Assembly: GCA_976551045.1 (NCBI GenBank)
Contig: CDPCPM010000151.1
Coordinates: forward strand, 9,610,001-9,674,000
Reading direction: 5' to 3'
Origin: Glaucostegus cemiculus
Lineage: Eukaryota
Length of the DNA stretch: 64,000 nt
Made by a program: the position numbers and the translations under genes. Positions 11,432 to 22,719 of the stretch are shown piece after piece (within the stretch, counting starts at the first letter, position 1; each line of letters opens with the position of its first letter). The notes under the pieces were generated by a model that was not told where the DNA came from, ran no database searches, and was given only the letters and a program-made list of their open reading frames with translations.

Positions 11432-12210
11432 GTGTTTCATTGTGAGGTAATGTTCTTTGGAAAGACTGGGAAAGCTAGAAGATACACAATGAATGGTAAG
11501 ATCTCAGGAAGTAGTGAGGAACTGAGGAACCTTGGTGTACAAGTCCTGAAGGTGGCAACACGGGTAGATAAGGTGGTTATGAAAGCATAAAAATACTTAT
11601 CAGCTCATAAGATATAGGAGGAAGGTAAATGGTACAACCATGTAAAAGATTAATTAGGCCACAGCTGGAGTATTGTGTTCCAGTTCTGGTCACCACACTT
11701 TAGGAAGGATCTGATTGCAATGGAGGATTCACCAGGATGTTGCAAGGGATAGAACAGTTCATTCAGGAGAAAAGAATGGATGGGCTGGGTTTGATTTTCT
11801 TGTGATGAAGAAGGATGAGTGGGTAGCTGATGAATACTGAGGAAGATTTTCTTCATGCAGTGAGTGACTGGAATCTGGAGAGGTGTTGGAGGCAGAGACT
11901 CTTAAACCTCTAGTTAAAGACAACTCTAATAAAGAGAAAAGTTTCTCACTGTCTACCCTGTCTGTGCCCCTCATAAATGTTGTGTTCATCAGGTACCCAC
12001 TCATCTTTCTTCATCACAAGAGAAACAAACCCAGCCCATCCACTCTTTTCTCCTAATTGAATTGACCCTCACAAGATTTATAAAGTATCTGGATGAGCAC
12101 CTGAATCGCCAAGGCTTAGATGGCCATGGATCAAATGCTTCTGGGTAGGTACTTGATGGCTGGCATGGACATGATGGGCTGAAGGGCATTTCCTGTGCAG
12201 TATGACTATA
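11432..12210 (+). mobile_element. Degenerate CR1 3' fragment with internal fold-back duplication
   Basis: RPQLEYCVxFWSPHFRKD-like coding remnant near 11655-11710; 11761-11837 is inverted at about 11983-12058. Confidence 0.75.
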
Positions 12211-12619
12211 TTCTCTGATTTGTCTCTTGCATCTTCCATCTCTGCCTCTTGAGCTTCCTTCTGCTGTTCCTCCTGCTTATGCTCCTGCTGCTCAGCTTCA
12301 AGCCTATAATTCGGACCAGGGATGAAATGTTACTTATCAGGCCGAATCCCATAAGTCTAGAGATGCACTCAAAATCCTCAGCCTCCAGGACAGTAGAATC
12401 ATTGATTCAGCATGCCAGTGGTCTATCTATCACACTTCTAGCACTCACTGTTGTCATAACATACAGTTTAGGACAGATCAGCAGAAGTTCTTCACATCTG
12501 AAGCTTTATGCCTATAGTGCGTAGGCTGTAAACCAGAATCCTGATCTGTGTCCAGACAGTGCCTCATCCAGCAATCAACCTTCAACTTGCCACAGTCATA
12601 GGGAGAGGCCTAAGGAGAT

Positions 12620-13200
12620 AAAGCACAGAAACAGGCCCTTCAGCCCGCCAAGTCCATGCCGACCATCAACCACCCATTGACACTAATCCTGCATATGGGC
12701 AGGCATGGTAGTGTAGCAGTTAGCATAACGCTATTACAGCGCCAGTGACCCGGGTTCAATTCTGGCCACTATCTGTAAGGAGCTTGTACATTCTCCCTGT
12801 GTTTGTGTGGGTTTCCTCCGGGTGCTCCACTTTCCTCCCACATTCCAAAGATGTACAGGTTGGGAAGTTGTGGACATGGTGACACTTGCGGGCTGCCCTG
12901 AGAATACTCCATGCAAAAGATGCATTTCACTGTGTGTTTTGATGTACGTGACTAATAAAGATACGTTAGCTTATCTTACCTTAATCCTATTTTTTATTCT
13001 CTCCACATTCTCATCAACTGCTCCCAGATTCTACTACTCAACTATGCATGAGGGACAATTTACAGTGGCCAATTAACCTACTCATTCACATATCTTTGGG
13101 AAATGGGAGGAAACCAGACCATCCAAGGAAACCCACATTGTCTCAGGGAAAACATGCAAACTCCACACAACAGCGCCTGAAGTCAAGATTGAACCTGGTC
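12620..13200. mobile_element. Nested SINEs: plus-strand V-SINE (12700-12980) inside a minus-strand V-SINE with CR1 tail
   Basis: Inner copy has tRNA head ggcatggtagtgtagcagttagc...gggttcaattct; the host copy is split, with taatcct repeated at both junctions. Confidence 0.8.
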
Positions 13201-13469
13201 ATTGAAATGTAATTTAAGGGAGAACAGCAGAAACTTTTTACATGCACAAAGATTTGTGAGGCTGTAGAACATACTTCAAGAATGAAATGAGTGAAACAGG
13301 GTCCATGTTGAAGGTTAAGGATATGTCAGTAGGAGGGTTGAAGTGCCGATGAAGGGAAGATGGCAGGTAGAGCAACAGATGGGATCGGTATTCCTGTTTG
13401 TGCAGAGGACACACAGCTGCTTGTCATTTCTGTGTCATGCATTAAACTTGGCATACTGTGGACTGAAAA

Positions 13470-13870
13470 CAAAAACACTATAGATGCAGGAAATCATAAA
13501 TAGAAACAGAAAATGCTGGGACACTCAGCAGTTCCGGCAGTATCTGTGAAGAGAAAAAAATGAGCTAATTTTTCAGGACAATGATGGAACTGGAACAGTA
13601 AGGACAAGGATGTGTTTTAGTTCTCAAAGAGAGAACAGAGTGGATGTCTGTGATGGAGTGGGGACCACGGTTGTCCAGGTAACTCAATTTCTTTGGCGCT
13701 GTCTGGTTCATCACAGTTGATCTGTCTGAAGATGCATAAATAGAAGGAGATGAATGGGGGCAGTTAGAAAGAGGAGAAAATAGCAAACAATATATTGGAG
13801 CTGTGAGACACAGAACAGAGTGGCTGCTGGAAACCTGACAGAGAGAGTGCTGAACATTCCCAGCATTCTT
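13470..13870 (-). mobile_element. Penelope 3' UTR/tail remnant
   Basis: agatgcaggaaatc...aaatgctgggacactcagca tail; ggggcagttagaaagaggagaaaatagcaaac resembles 4963-4995 of the Penelope fragment. Confidence 0.55.
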
Positions 13871-14129
13871 GATTTAATGACAGACAGAGCAAATCCCCTC
13901 GCTCAGTAGTGTTTATTGGTTGAAACTATAGCCAGAACCAATATTTCAGGGTGATTGCTAAGAGTGAAATAAATAAGTTCACAAATAATATACTTTAAAA
14001 TAATTAAAAACAGTAACCAAAGTGTCACAGGGTCCTAGAGCAGAAGCAGGTCATCCATCAACCATCAAGCACCCATCTACACTCATCCTACAATAATCCC
14101 ATTTCATTCTGCCCAAATTCCCCACCACC

Positions 14130-14634
14130 ATCTCCACTTCCACCTCTGTGCCTATCCCTTCGACCAGGAGACTTCACCCTATACTGTGGATGCCTTCCCC
14201 CATCTCCATTACTGCTGGACACTTCCCTCTGGCCAACTACCCTATCTAGATCAATTCATTGAGAACTGCTGTCATGACAGTGACTATCTTGACATTTTCA
14301 TTCCCCTCTCACACTCTAACCTATTCCCTTCTAAACTTGCAGCACTCCATCTGCTAAAACCACCCCTGTAAATCATCATCAAACCCACTGACAAAGGGTG
14401 GTGCTGTTGATATCTGGTGAACTGACCTCTATCTCATAGAGGTCATACATCAGTTCTCAGATGCCTCCTCGTACCTCCTTCTAGATCATGATCCCCATGA
14501 TCCCAACATTGAACATCAGGCCATGGTCACCCAGATAAGTCATGGACCTCATTTTCTAGGGAAAGCTTCCTTTTACACCTTCCAGCCTTATATTGTCCCA
14601 GTCCTGCACAGCCCGCTTCTACCTCCTGCCCAAG
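14130..14634 (+). mobile_element. Penelope-like ORF fragment (region preceding RT core)
   Basis: Translates SGQLPYLDQFIENC...SHSNLFPSKLAALH...IIIKPTDKG/GAV...TDLYL...SDASSYLLLDHDP...CTARFYLLPK, i.e. the PLE DKG and ARFYLLPKIHK motifs. Confidence 0.85.
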
Positions 14635-14635
14635 C

Positions 14636-15065
14636 TCTATATAAATCTAAAAGGTTACCCCTCAGCCTCCTTCACTCCAGGGGAAAACAGACCCAGTCTA
14701 TCCAGAATCTCCTTATAACTCAAGCCCCTCAGTCCCAGCAACATCCTTGTGAATCTTTTCTGCACCCTCTCTAGTTTAATCACGGCCTTCCTATAGTATG
14801 GAGATCAGAAATGCACACAACATTCCAGGTACAGTCTCACCAGTGTCTTGTACAGCTGTAACATGTGGTCCCAACTATTGTACTCAAAGCCCCATCCAAT
14901 AAAAGCAAGCGTGCCATATGCCTTCTTCACCATCCTTCTACCTGTGTTGCCTCTTTCAGGGAATAATATACTTGTACCACCGGATCTCTTAGTTCTACAA
15001 CTCCCTGAGGCCCTGTCATTCACTATGTATGTCCTGCCCTGGTTTAACTTCCCATACTGCATCAC
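14636..15065 (-). mobile_element. CR1 ORF2 fragment
   Basis: Minus ORF 14805-15065: VKKAYGTLAFIGWGFEYNSWDHMLQLYKTLVRLYLECCVHF. Confidence 0.9.
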
Positions 15066-15067
15066 AT

Positions 15068-15254
15068 GCTGGCTTTAGACTGTTGTGAGACAGGTTAATT
15101 TTGCTCTACAGATGATGTGTTGTTGCAATAATAACAACACTACAGTACAAGAGGAACTGCAGGTTCAGACATTTGGTATATGTGCTTGGCTGAGAAACCA
15201 GTTGTGCAAAGCTACCATCTGTGGGATTATGAATGAATGCCCTTAAATCAGAAT
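15068..15254 (+). pseudogene. Degenerate 28S rRNA fragment (3' region including sarcin-ricin loop)
   Basis: gctggctttagactgttgtgagacaggttaatttt...agtacaagaggaactgcaggttcagacatttggt...gctaccatctgtgggattatgaatgaatgcc...tcagaat is colinear with eukaryotic 28S (AGTACGAGAGGAACC loop at 15144-15158), with CpG-type decay. Confidence 0.92.
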
Positions 15255-15282
15255 AATTCCTAAATGATGTCCCAGTTAAATT

Positions 15283-15420
15283 CACAGTTTTGAGAGAGTT
15301 TTTGACTTAAAATATTAGTTCTGTTTCTCCTCTCACAGATTCAGCCTGACCTGCTGAATACTTGCAGCATTTTCTGTTTTTATTTTAGATTTCCAGGATC
15401 TGCAGTTTTTTGATTTTATC
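15283..15420 (+). mobile_element. Penelope tail with highly decayed hammerhead motif
   Basis: cagtt-ttgagagagtttttgactt-aaaa-tatt-agttctg...cctgacctgctgaatacttgcagcattttctg...tttccaggatctgcag. Confidence 0.7.
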
Positions 15421-15429
15421 TTATGAGCT

Positions 15430-15765
15430 AAAACAGTAACCAAAATGTCACAGGGTCCTAGAGCAGAAGCAGGCAATTCGTCAACCATCAAGCACCCATC
15501 TACACACATCCTACACTAATCCCATTTTATTCTCCCCAAATTCCCCGCAACTCCCTCAGGCTTCTATTGCTCACCTACACACTCGGGGAAATTTACAGTG
15601 GCCAACCAACCTGGGCATCTTTGGGATGTGGAAGAAAAGCAGAATACCTGTATAAAGCCCATGTGGTCACTGGTAAAACATGCAAACCACACAGACAGCA
15701 TCAGAGATCCTGATGTGTATGTGCGAGGCAGCAACTCCACGAGCTGCAGCACTGTATCACCCCTG
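15430..15765 (-). mobile_element. V-domain SINE with CR1-type tail; its 15430-15546 segment is duplicated at 14007-14123
   Basis: V-domain and tRNA head on the minus strand; ~117-bp direct repeat with 14007-14123; aaaataattaaaa at 13997-14009 and 15768-15780. Confidence 0.8.
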
Positions 15766-16934
15766 TGAAAATAATTAAAACACTTTGATTTTCCCCAGGG
15801 TGTCCAGTGCTGGAGTAAGCTCTGGTCGGCAACTGGGGACTCGCACATTTACGTGTTAATCCCTGGGAATTTCATGCTGAATTCTGAAAAGTCTGGGCCA
15901 CTAAGTCATGTGCATCTTCTGATTGGGTCTCGTGAATACTCTGCAGCAGAACTATCTATTAATCCTTACTCATTTTTATGTTTGACTTGTGTCAATCCTC
16001 TCAGTGTGTCAAATGTCACAAGGTGCTGATGAAATGAAAGCTTTGATTTCTTCCTGGCTGCTGCTGTGCTGTGGTATTCAGAGTGGCTCCTATTCTGGCA
16101 TGTCTCAGTGCTTTCAAGAAGTGAAACATCAAAGTAGAAATTTCAGCAAGTCTGCTTAGTGGGGTGGTGGGGGGGTGGCAAAAAGATGGAACAATAAGGT
16201 CATTAAGGACCACAAATATGAAGAGAAACCTGAAGTAGCCAGTATCAGTTTTATCCTGTGCATCTTGTTGCAATGTTGCATCATAGTGGCAGATTGTAAT
16301 TCCAAGGCAGACTTCAGCCCATGCGAGGTACTGATTTTCTGTATTAGTATTGGACACATCCAGCTGACAGAGGTTGGGTGTGGGGAATAAGACACATTTC
16401 ATTTTTGGGGAGGGTGGGGTAGCAGAAGAGGATTCAAATATTATGGAATACCTTTCACAACTTCAAGATATACCAAGGTATTTCAAAGTATTTTTAAAGG
16501 GCAGTGGTTTCTCTTATAATGTAGGAAACCAATTTGAACACAGCAAGGTTCCAGTAACAACAATGAGGTAAATGACCAATTAATTTTTTGATTACTTGTT
16601 TATGAAATGGGAGTGTTGCTTGAAAGACCCAACCCTATTTGCCTTTGCTCTGTATTGTTGAATAGCCTTTTCAGAAGCAGTTAAGTGTCAACTACATTAC
16701 TGCGGGTTTGGAGTCAAGTAGACTAAGACTGGGTAAGGACAACAGATTTACTTCCTTGATGGTCTTTATTGAACTTTGTGGAATTTTTATGACAGTAGTT
16801 TCATTGTTACTGTTGATGATGCTGACTTTTTATTGGAGATTTAGTTCAGTTTTAAATCTCCAATTGCTGTGGTGGGATTAACTAAACCTTACTGACCTTT
16901 CAATAGTGCTATCAGATGGTTACAGGACATCAGA

Positions 16935-17490
16935 GAGAACATAGAACAGTACCTTCAGCCCATGATGTCTGTGCTGAACGTGATGCCAAATTAAACTAAT
17001 CCCTTTTGCCTGTACATGATCTATATCCCTCCATTCCCTGCATATTCATGTGTCGATCTAAAAGCCTCTTAAATGCCACTATTGTATCAGTCTCCACCAC
17101 TATCTATGGCAGCCTGCTCCAGGCATCTACCACTCTCTGAGTAAAAAAAACATGCCCCACACATCTCCCTTAAACATTCCCCCTCTCACCTTAAACACAT
17201 GTTCCCTAGTATTAAACATTTCTACCCTAGAAAAAAGGTTCAGATTGCCTATACATAGGATTATCTATGCCTCTTATGATTTTATAAACTTCTATCAGGC
17301 CTCCCCTCAGCCTCTGATGCTCCAGAGAAAGCAACGCAAGTTTATCCAATCTCTCCTTATAGCTCATACCCTCTAATCCAAACAGCGTCCTGGTAAACCT
17401 TTTCTGCACCCATTCCACAATCTCTGCATCCTTCCTGTAATGGGGTGACCAGAATTGCACATAATTGTACTGGGGTAACCAGAATTGCAT
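16935..17490 (-). mobile_element. CR1 3' fragment
   Basis: ORF 17227-17679: VQFWSPHYRKD...VQKRFTRTLFGLEGMSYKERLDKLALLSLEHQRLRGGLIEVYKI. Confidence 0.9.
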
Positions 17491-18214
17491 ACATTTGAAA
17501 ACTCCCCATTTTCTTTTGAGTGGAAACTTAGGGACTTGGTGAGTATCTTTTCTGATACAGGAGTGGAGCCCCTGACCCTCTATCTCATGTTGTACAGAAC
17601 TCCTTCTGCAATACTTAACCTTCAGCAGAGCACCATGACAACGTGTGATATGTTCATCTCCCACACTGACCAACCTCATGTTCTCTGAGTGAAATTCTCC
17701 TCTCCTTTGTGAGGATCAGCATAACTCAGAGTATTTTGTGCCAATCACTGCATAATTATGGCAGCATTGTACACTGGGCTGAGGTCCATCAGCTGCTGAA
17801 ATGAGACAGTGGAGGATCACCATGTCAAATGTAATTAGTAAGACATTTAATCGAGCTGCTGATGTGAGTGTTTCTGGAAAGACCAGCCTTTGTTGCCTAT
17901 CTCTACATCTCTATGTGCCTGAAGTAAATGCCTTATTGTGGGTGGCTATGAATTCTCTGCTCTGCCCCTCAGTAATACAGGGAGCTGACCTTGGATGATG
18001 CTGGAAACACACTCTTCTCCATTCCTGTGGGGTCAGTAATGGCACCCATTGAATGGCATTGCGTTGTGCACATCTCCCCATGCAAACAGCATAGATACCT
18101 GAGGTTTATGCTTGATTCACCACAATGCTCCAATGTGTTCCAAAGCCCCAACTTTCAGTTTCATTGGGAATCCTCCTCATGATGTATATTCATACTTAAG
18201 TAAGCATTTCCTAG

Positions 18215-18515
18215 AGTCACAGAGTTGTACAGCATGGAAAAAAGCTGCTCAATCCATAGTCCACACGGACCATCAAGCTACCTTTACACTAATCTCATTT
18301 TATTCTCCCATCAACTACCTCAGAGTCTGCCACTCGCTGGCACATAAAGGGCAATTTAGAATGACCCATTAACCTACCAAACCACATATCCTTGGGATGT
18401 TGGAAGAAACCAGAGCACCCGGATAATTGTCACACAGTCACAGGGAGAATGAGCATATTTCATAGCACCGGAGGTCAGGATTGAACCTGGGCCATTGGAG
18501 CTGTGAGATGGGAAT
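18215..18515 (-). mobile_element. V-domain SINE with CR1-type tail
   Basis: ggatgttggaagaaaccagagcacc...ggtcaggattgaacctggg. Confidence 0.75.
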
Positions 18516-19047
18516 TGTACAAACTTCACCTGTACCACCCACATGGTTGGCACTTAGGACAAAGCTCTCTACTGTGGTGAATGACTAGAGGCTTGAAGTT
18601 TCTTGGTTGGTCTTTAAGTAAGGTGATTGTGCCCCAAGGATTTATACCATTTGGAAAAGTAAAATCGTTTAGTAATGTAATTTCTGGTAGCAGCTCCTTA
18701 ATGAATGCTGGCATTTGTTAGGGTGACCCCCTAACCCTCAGCTTAGAAAAAGTATGCAGTTTGTGACTACTGACCATTTTTTAAAAAAATTGATATTAAT
18801 ATAATTCCATGTAAAGAGATCAAGCAAGTCCAGGTAAGGTACATATCATTGTGATTGACTTGTAGAGTGGAACAATCTGAGGGACTGAATGTCTCACCTC
18901 TAATCCTATGTTCCTAGAACTGTTAGATACCTGTATTTTCAGCAAATTGTAATTCATGGCCATTGATGTTTTTTTAGATGACTTTTTTTTTCATCGAACT
19001 TCAAGATATGTAAATCGAAAGACAATAACACAGATCATTTCCCACAG

Positions 19048-19217
19048 AGCTGGACGTCGATGAGGTGGATGGAAGGGGGAGTGACCAGAGTTTGAACAGC
19101 AATGTCAGTTTGCCCAATGTTCAGGGGAGTACGTGCTACTCTGAGAGGTCCGTAGCCAGCTGGGCAGTTTCCTTTGAACGGCTTCTGCAGGATCCAGTTG
19201 GTGTGAAGTACTTCACG
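19048..19217 (+). CDS. RGS14: RGS14 exon, start of RGS domain ((E)LDVDEVDGRGSDQSLNSNVSLPNVQ...VASWAVSFERLLQDPVGVKYFT)
   Basis: cccacag| acceptor, ACG|gtaagc donor; the translation carries the RGS12/14 SWAxSFERLLQDPxG motif. Confidence 0.95.
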
Positions 19218-19824
19218 GTAAGCATTCACTACCCTTTGTGATTGGCCACCGTAAACTCAGCTACCAGACAGACTCCATGCTCCTGGATTTTCCTGGAATG
19301 CAAGGATTATTCTGAATTATTTGCTCTGCTATCTATCTCCTCGTCTCTTCTTGTTTCTCCCATCCTGGATTCAACAGGTGGGAGGAGCTTATGAACATTT
19401 TACACAAAGATTAGCATCAGTGGTTCAGCTAACTTGCTTTTTATTTCCTTCCCCAATAAGTCACACATCTCTGCAAGTTCCTCCATTTACTGAACTGAAA
19501 ACAGCTGTTGTTTTGTCACCCTTGGCTACTGGCCAAGTTCCTCTCCCAAACCCCTCATGCTGTCTGTGGGTGGGGTATAATATTCCTTTGATTCTAGCCT
19601 CTTAAATGCTCTTTACTACCTTTCTGGAATAATGATGCCTCTTTAACCTGAATCCTACACCCTAGTGTTCCAACACCAGTTCTTCTACTATGTTACTCCA
19701 TATTTGGCCATGCTCCTAATAATTTGTTCTTTGGCTCATTATCTATTTTGCTTTATAGTCCAGATGAAGGGTCTCACCCCCCTAATATGCAAGTTATTCT
19801 TGATATTAGAGGGTGTGAAATTCA

Positions 19825-20330
19825 GTAAGTCAAAAGTTAAAGTTGAGTTTATTGCCATGTTCACTAGTACACGTACACACAGGTGCAATGAAAAAACATT
19901 CTTGCAAGAGCATCACAGGCACATAGCATCAGAGACGCAACATCCTCAAGAAAAGCATAATGTATACAAAATTATACAAGAAGGAACACAATTAGAACAA
20001 AAACAAAGAACACAGTCCATTGTAGTGCAAAATGGTGAAAGTTATCATAGTGTTGCTATACTGAGGTAGTGATCATGGTTGTTCTGGTTGGTTCAAGAAC
20101 TGAATGGTTGAAGGGAAGTAGCTGTTCTTGAACCTTGTGGTGTGGGAGTTCAGGTTTCTGTACCTCCTGCCCGATGGTAGCTACATGAACAGGGTTTGGC
20201 CCAGATGTTGGGATCTTTGATAATAGATGTTGCCTTCTTGAGGCAGTGCCTCCTGTAGATACTTTCTATGCTTGGGAGTGATGTATTGGACTGAGTCCAC
20301 TACTCTATGCATCCTCTTTCATTTTTGCAC
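19825..20330 (-). mobile_element. Rex1/L2-type non-LTR retrotransposon 3' fragment
   Basis: Minus strand encodes LPSGRRYRNLNSHTTRFKNSYFPSTIQFLN; tail has aataaactc. Confidence 0.75.
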
Positions 20331-21189
20331 ATTCAAACTCAGGTGACCATTGTTCCTGGTGACTTTAAGGCATTTTAGGGACAGAGCATCACCAGTAAGG
20401 TTGGCCCTAATTGCTCAGATCTGGATGATGAGAAAAAGTGTGAATTTGTGCCTTATTCTTGAAGAACAGGCAATGGTTTCAATGCTGTGATGTGGCTTGC
20501 TAGGCCAATTCGAAGGATAGCTGAGCATTGTTGATGCTGATCAGAGACGGGCTTCCTTCTTCAAAGGACGTCAGTGAACCAGTGCATCACTCTTACTAAT
20601 CCCAGTTGGTTATAACCAGGTAAATTAGCAAAAAACATGGAATCTAAACTTACTTACTCTAGATTATGTAACCAGCCATTTAACCATGGTTCAACCCATA
20701 TGAGGTCAGAAATATTCAGGAGTATTTTTAATGCATAATAAAAAATTGCTAAAGCTGTTCTGAGGGTTGAACACAGTGAAAGTCCCAACAAGAACAATAT
20801 TCTCACACAGCAGTGACTGACTGCCCCACTTTCAGAAAAGTTGCTTAGTTTTGAGTTTCTTGAAAGATTATACCTACATGGAGAGGATTTACTCATAACA
20901 AGAGGCTAAATGGGATGGCTGTCTTTGCAAAAGTGATAGCAAAAGTAAGCGTTGGTCTCTTAGAAACTGAGACTGAGTAATTAACAAGTGAGGCTAAAGA
21001 GATGGTAGTGAAGTTAAACAATCATTGTCTTCACAGCAGGGGATCAAAAAATAAATGAAAGAAATCCAGGGGCAAAAACAAGAGAGGAAATTAAAACAAT
21101 CCCAGTCACTTGGAAAATATAAAAGCAGAAGAAACACACACAGGAGAATGCTAGCCAGTTCTTCACATCTACTCCCAATTCATTTGTGG

Positions 21190-21450
21190 CTTTGTGTCAC
21201 TTACTTGGTTTCCTCCATGTTCTCTAGGTTTGTTCCACATCCTAAAGCTGTATGTGTTGGTAGGTTAACTGGCCAGTGTGAATTGCCTTAGTGTGTAGGT
21301 GAGTGGTAGAATCTGGGGGAATTGATGAGAATGCTGGGAGAATAAAAACTTTGGATTAATGTAGCACAATGGGTGGTTGGTGGTAGGCAAGGACTTGATA
21401 GGCCAATGGGCCCATTTCAATGTTGTATCTCATTATGACTATGACTGTAA
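21190..21450 (+). mobile_element. Partial V-domain SINE with CR1-type tail
   Basis: ggtttcctccatgttctctaggtttgttccacatcctaaag...ggtaggttaactggcc...tatgactatgact. Confidence 0.7.
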
Positions 21451-21546
21451 CCCCTGTCACTTGGTTCTCTTAACATCTAAAAATCCAACTGATCTCTGTC
21501 TTGAATATACTCAGTGACTAAGCCTCCACCCTTCCTTTGGATAGAG

Positions 21547-21953
21547 TGTCATAATGTTGATTGAAGAGCAAGATCACAGAACCCAAATGCAACACACTGG
21601 TACAAGACTGGAGTCAGGATACTTCCTCAGGACCAGACACAGGCAGCAACTGAAAGGAAAGCTTGCCTCGGAGATCTGAGTAGTAATCCCAACACAAACT
21701 GAATCTTCAAGCAGGAATAGAGAACACAGGACTGCTCTGGAGTAGACCACTCCAAGCAGCTAGGAGCCAAAGTATACCTGAAGGTTGACCAATACTCTGG
21801 CAACTAGTGCCAGAGAAACCCAGGTACTTATGCTAGGCCCGTGATGGGGCTCAGGTGTGTGTCATTATGCAATCAGTCCAACATGGAATCCATGTGCTGT
21901 ACAACGAGGCATCTAAGGAGCCAAATCAAGGGCCAGTACTCAGAATTATGACA
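21547..21953 (-). mobile_element. Solo LTR (Gypsy-like), 407 bp, 5-bp TSD
   Basis: Termini TGTCATAAT...ATTATGACA; TSD TAGAG at 21542-21546 and 21954-21958; reverse-complement homologue of 45782-46196; interrupts a CR1 3' fragment. Confidence 0.88.
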
Positions 21954-22185
21954 TAGAGAACTCCAAAGAATCACTGACATCCAGGTATAGAAAGTTCTTC
22001 TCATCTCAGTCCTAAATGTCAATACTAATTTGGGACTGTGACCCTTGGATTTGGAGCAGAGAACATCCTTTAAGTGTCATGACTGCTGATTTTTTTTTCT
22101 CTCTGAGGTATCCTTATGATGTACATTTCCAATGCTTGAGAAAAAGTATTAAGCAAACCAGATCCTCTGGATTGTATACTGTATA

Positions 22186-22700
22186 TCAGAATCAGAATCA
22201 GAATCAGTTTTATTGTCACAACCATATACATACATGGTACGCATAGGAGCGAGATACCGTCCTCCACAGGAACACGTCTCATAGAAAAGAATAACATAAC
22301 AACCAACAGAGAGACACATACACACTTGGCAGAATACACAGTACAAAACATTACCCATTAGTTCTTACATAAATAGATCTTAAAGTGAACGGGCTGGTGT
22401 CAGGCATTTAAAGTGCTGGTGCATTTCTGTGCACCTAGCATCTCCTAGTGTTAACAAAGGAAGATGGAGGGATGAGAGAGTTTACAGTTCTTATGGCTTG
22501 CGGAAAGAAGCTATTGTTCAGCCTGGACGTTCTTGCCCTGATACATTTAAGCCTCCTCCCTGATGGCAAAATTGTGAAGAGGTGGTGGGAGGGGTGAGAG
22601 GGGTCGGCCATTATGCTTTTTGTCTTCCTCACACAACGGTCTTTGTATATGTCTGCGAGGGATGGAAGCGAGACACCTATGATCCACTCCGCAGCCTTGT
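22186..22700 (-). mobile_element. Rex1/L2-type LINE 3' fragment with (ATTCTG)n tail
   Basis: ORF 22435-22848: LPSLADIYKDRCVRKTKSIMADPSHPSHHLFTILPSGRRLKCIRARTSRLNNSFFPQAIR; cagaat repeats at 22186-22207. Confidence 0.88.
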
Positions 22701-22719
22701 AAAGGAAGACTTGTAAAGG

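Noticed and set aside
12700-12775. tRNA gene
   Set aside because: A/B-box-like head continues directly into the V-SINE body; it is a SINE head, as are the related copies.
15068-15254. Functional rRNA gene
   Set aside because: Only ~190 bp, mutated even in the sarcin-ricin loop, with no flanking rDNA; treated as a pseudogenic fragment.
18978-19049. Upstream phase-0 acceptor (ttttttag|ATG) that would fix the exon phase mismatch
   Set aside because: In-frame TAA at 19011-19013.
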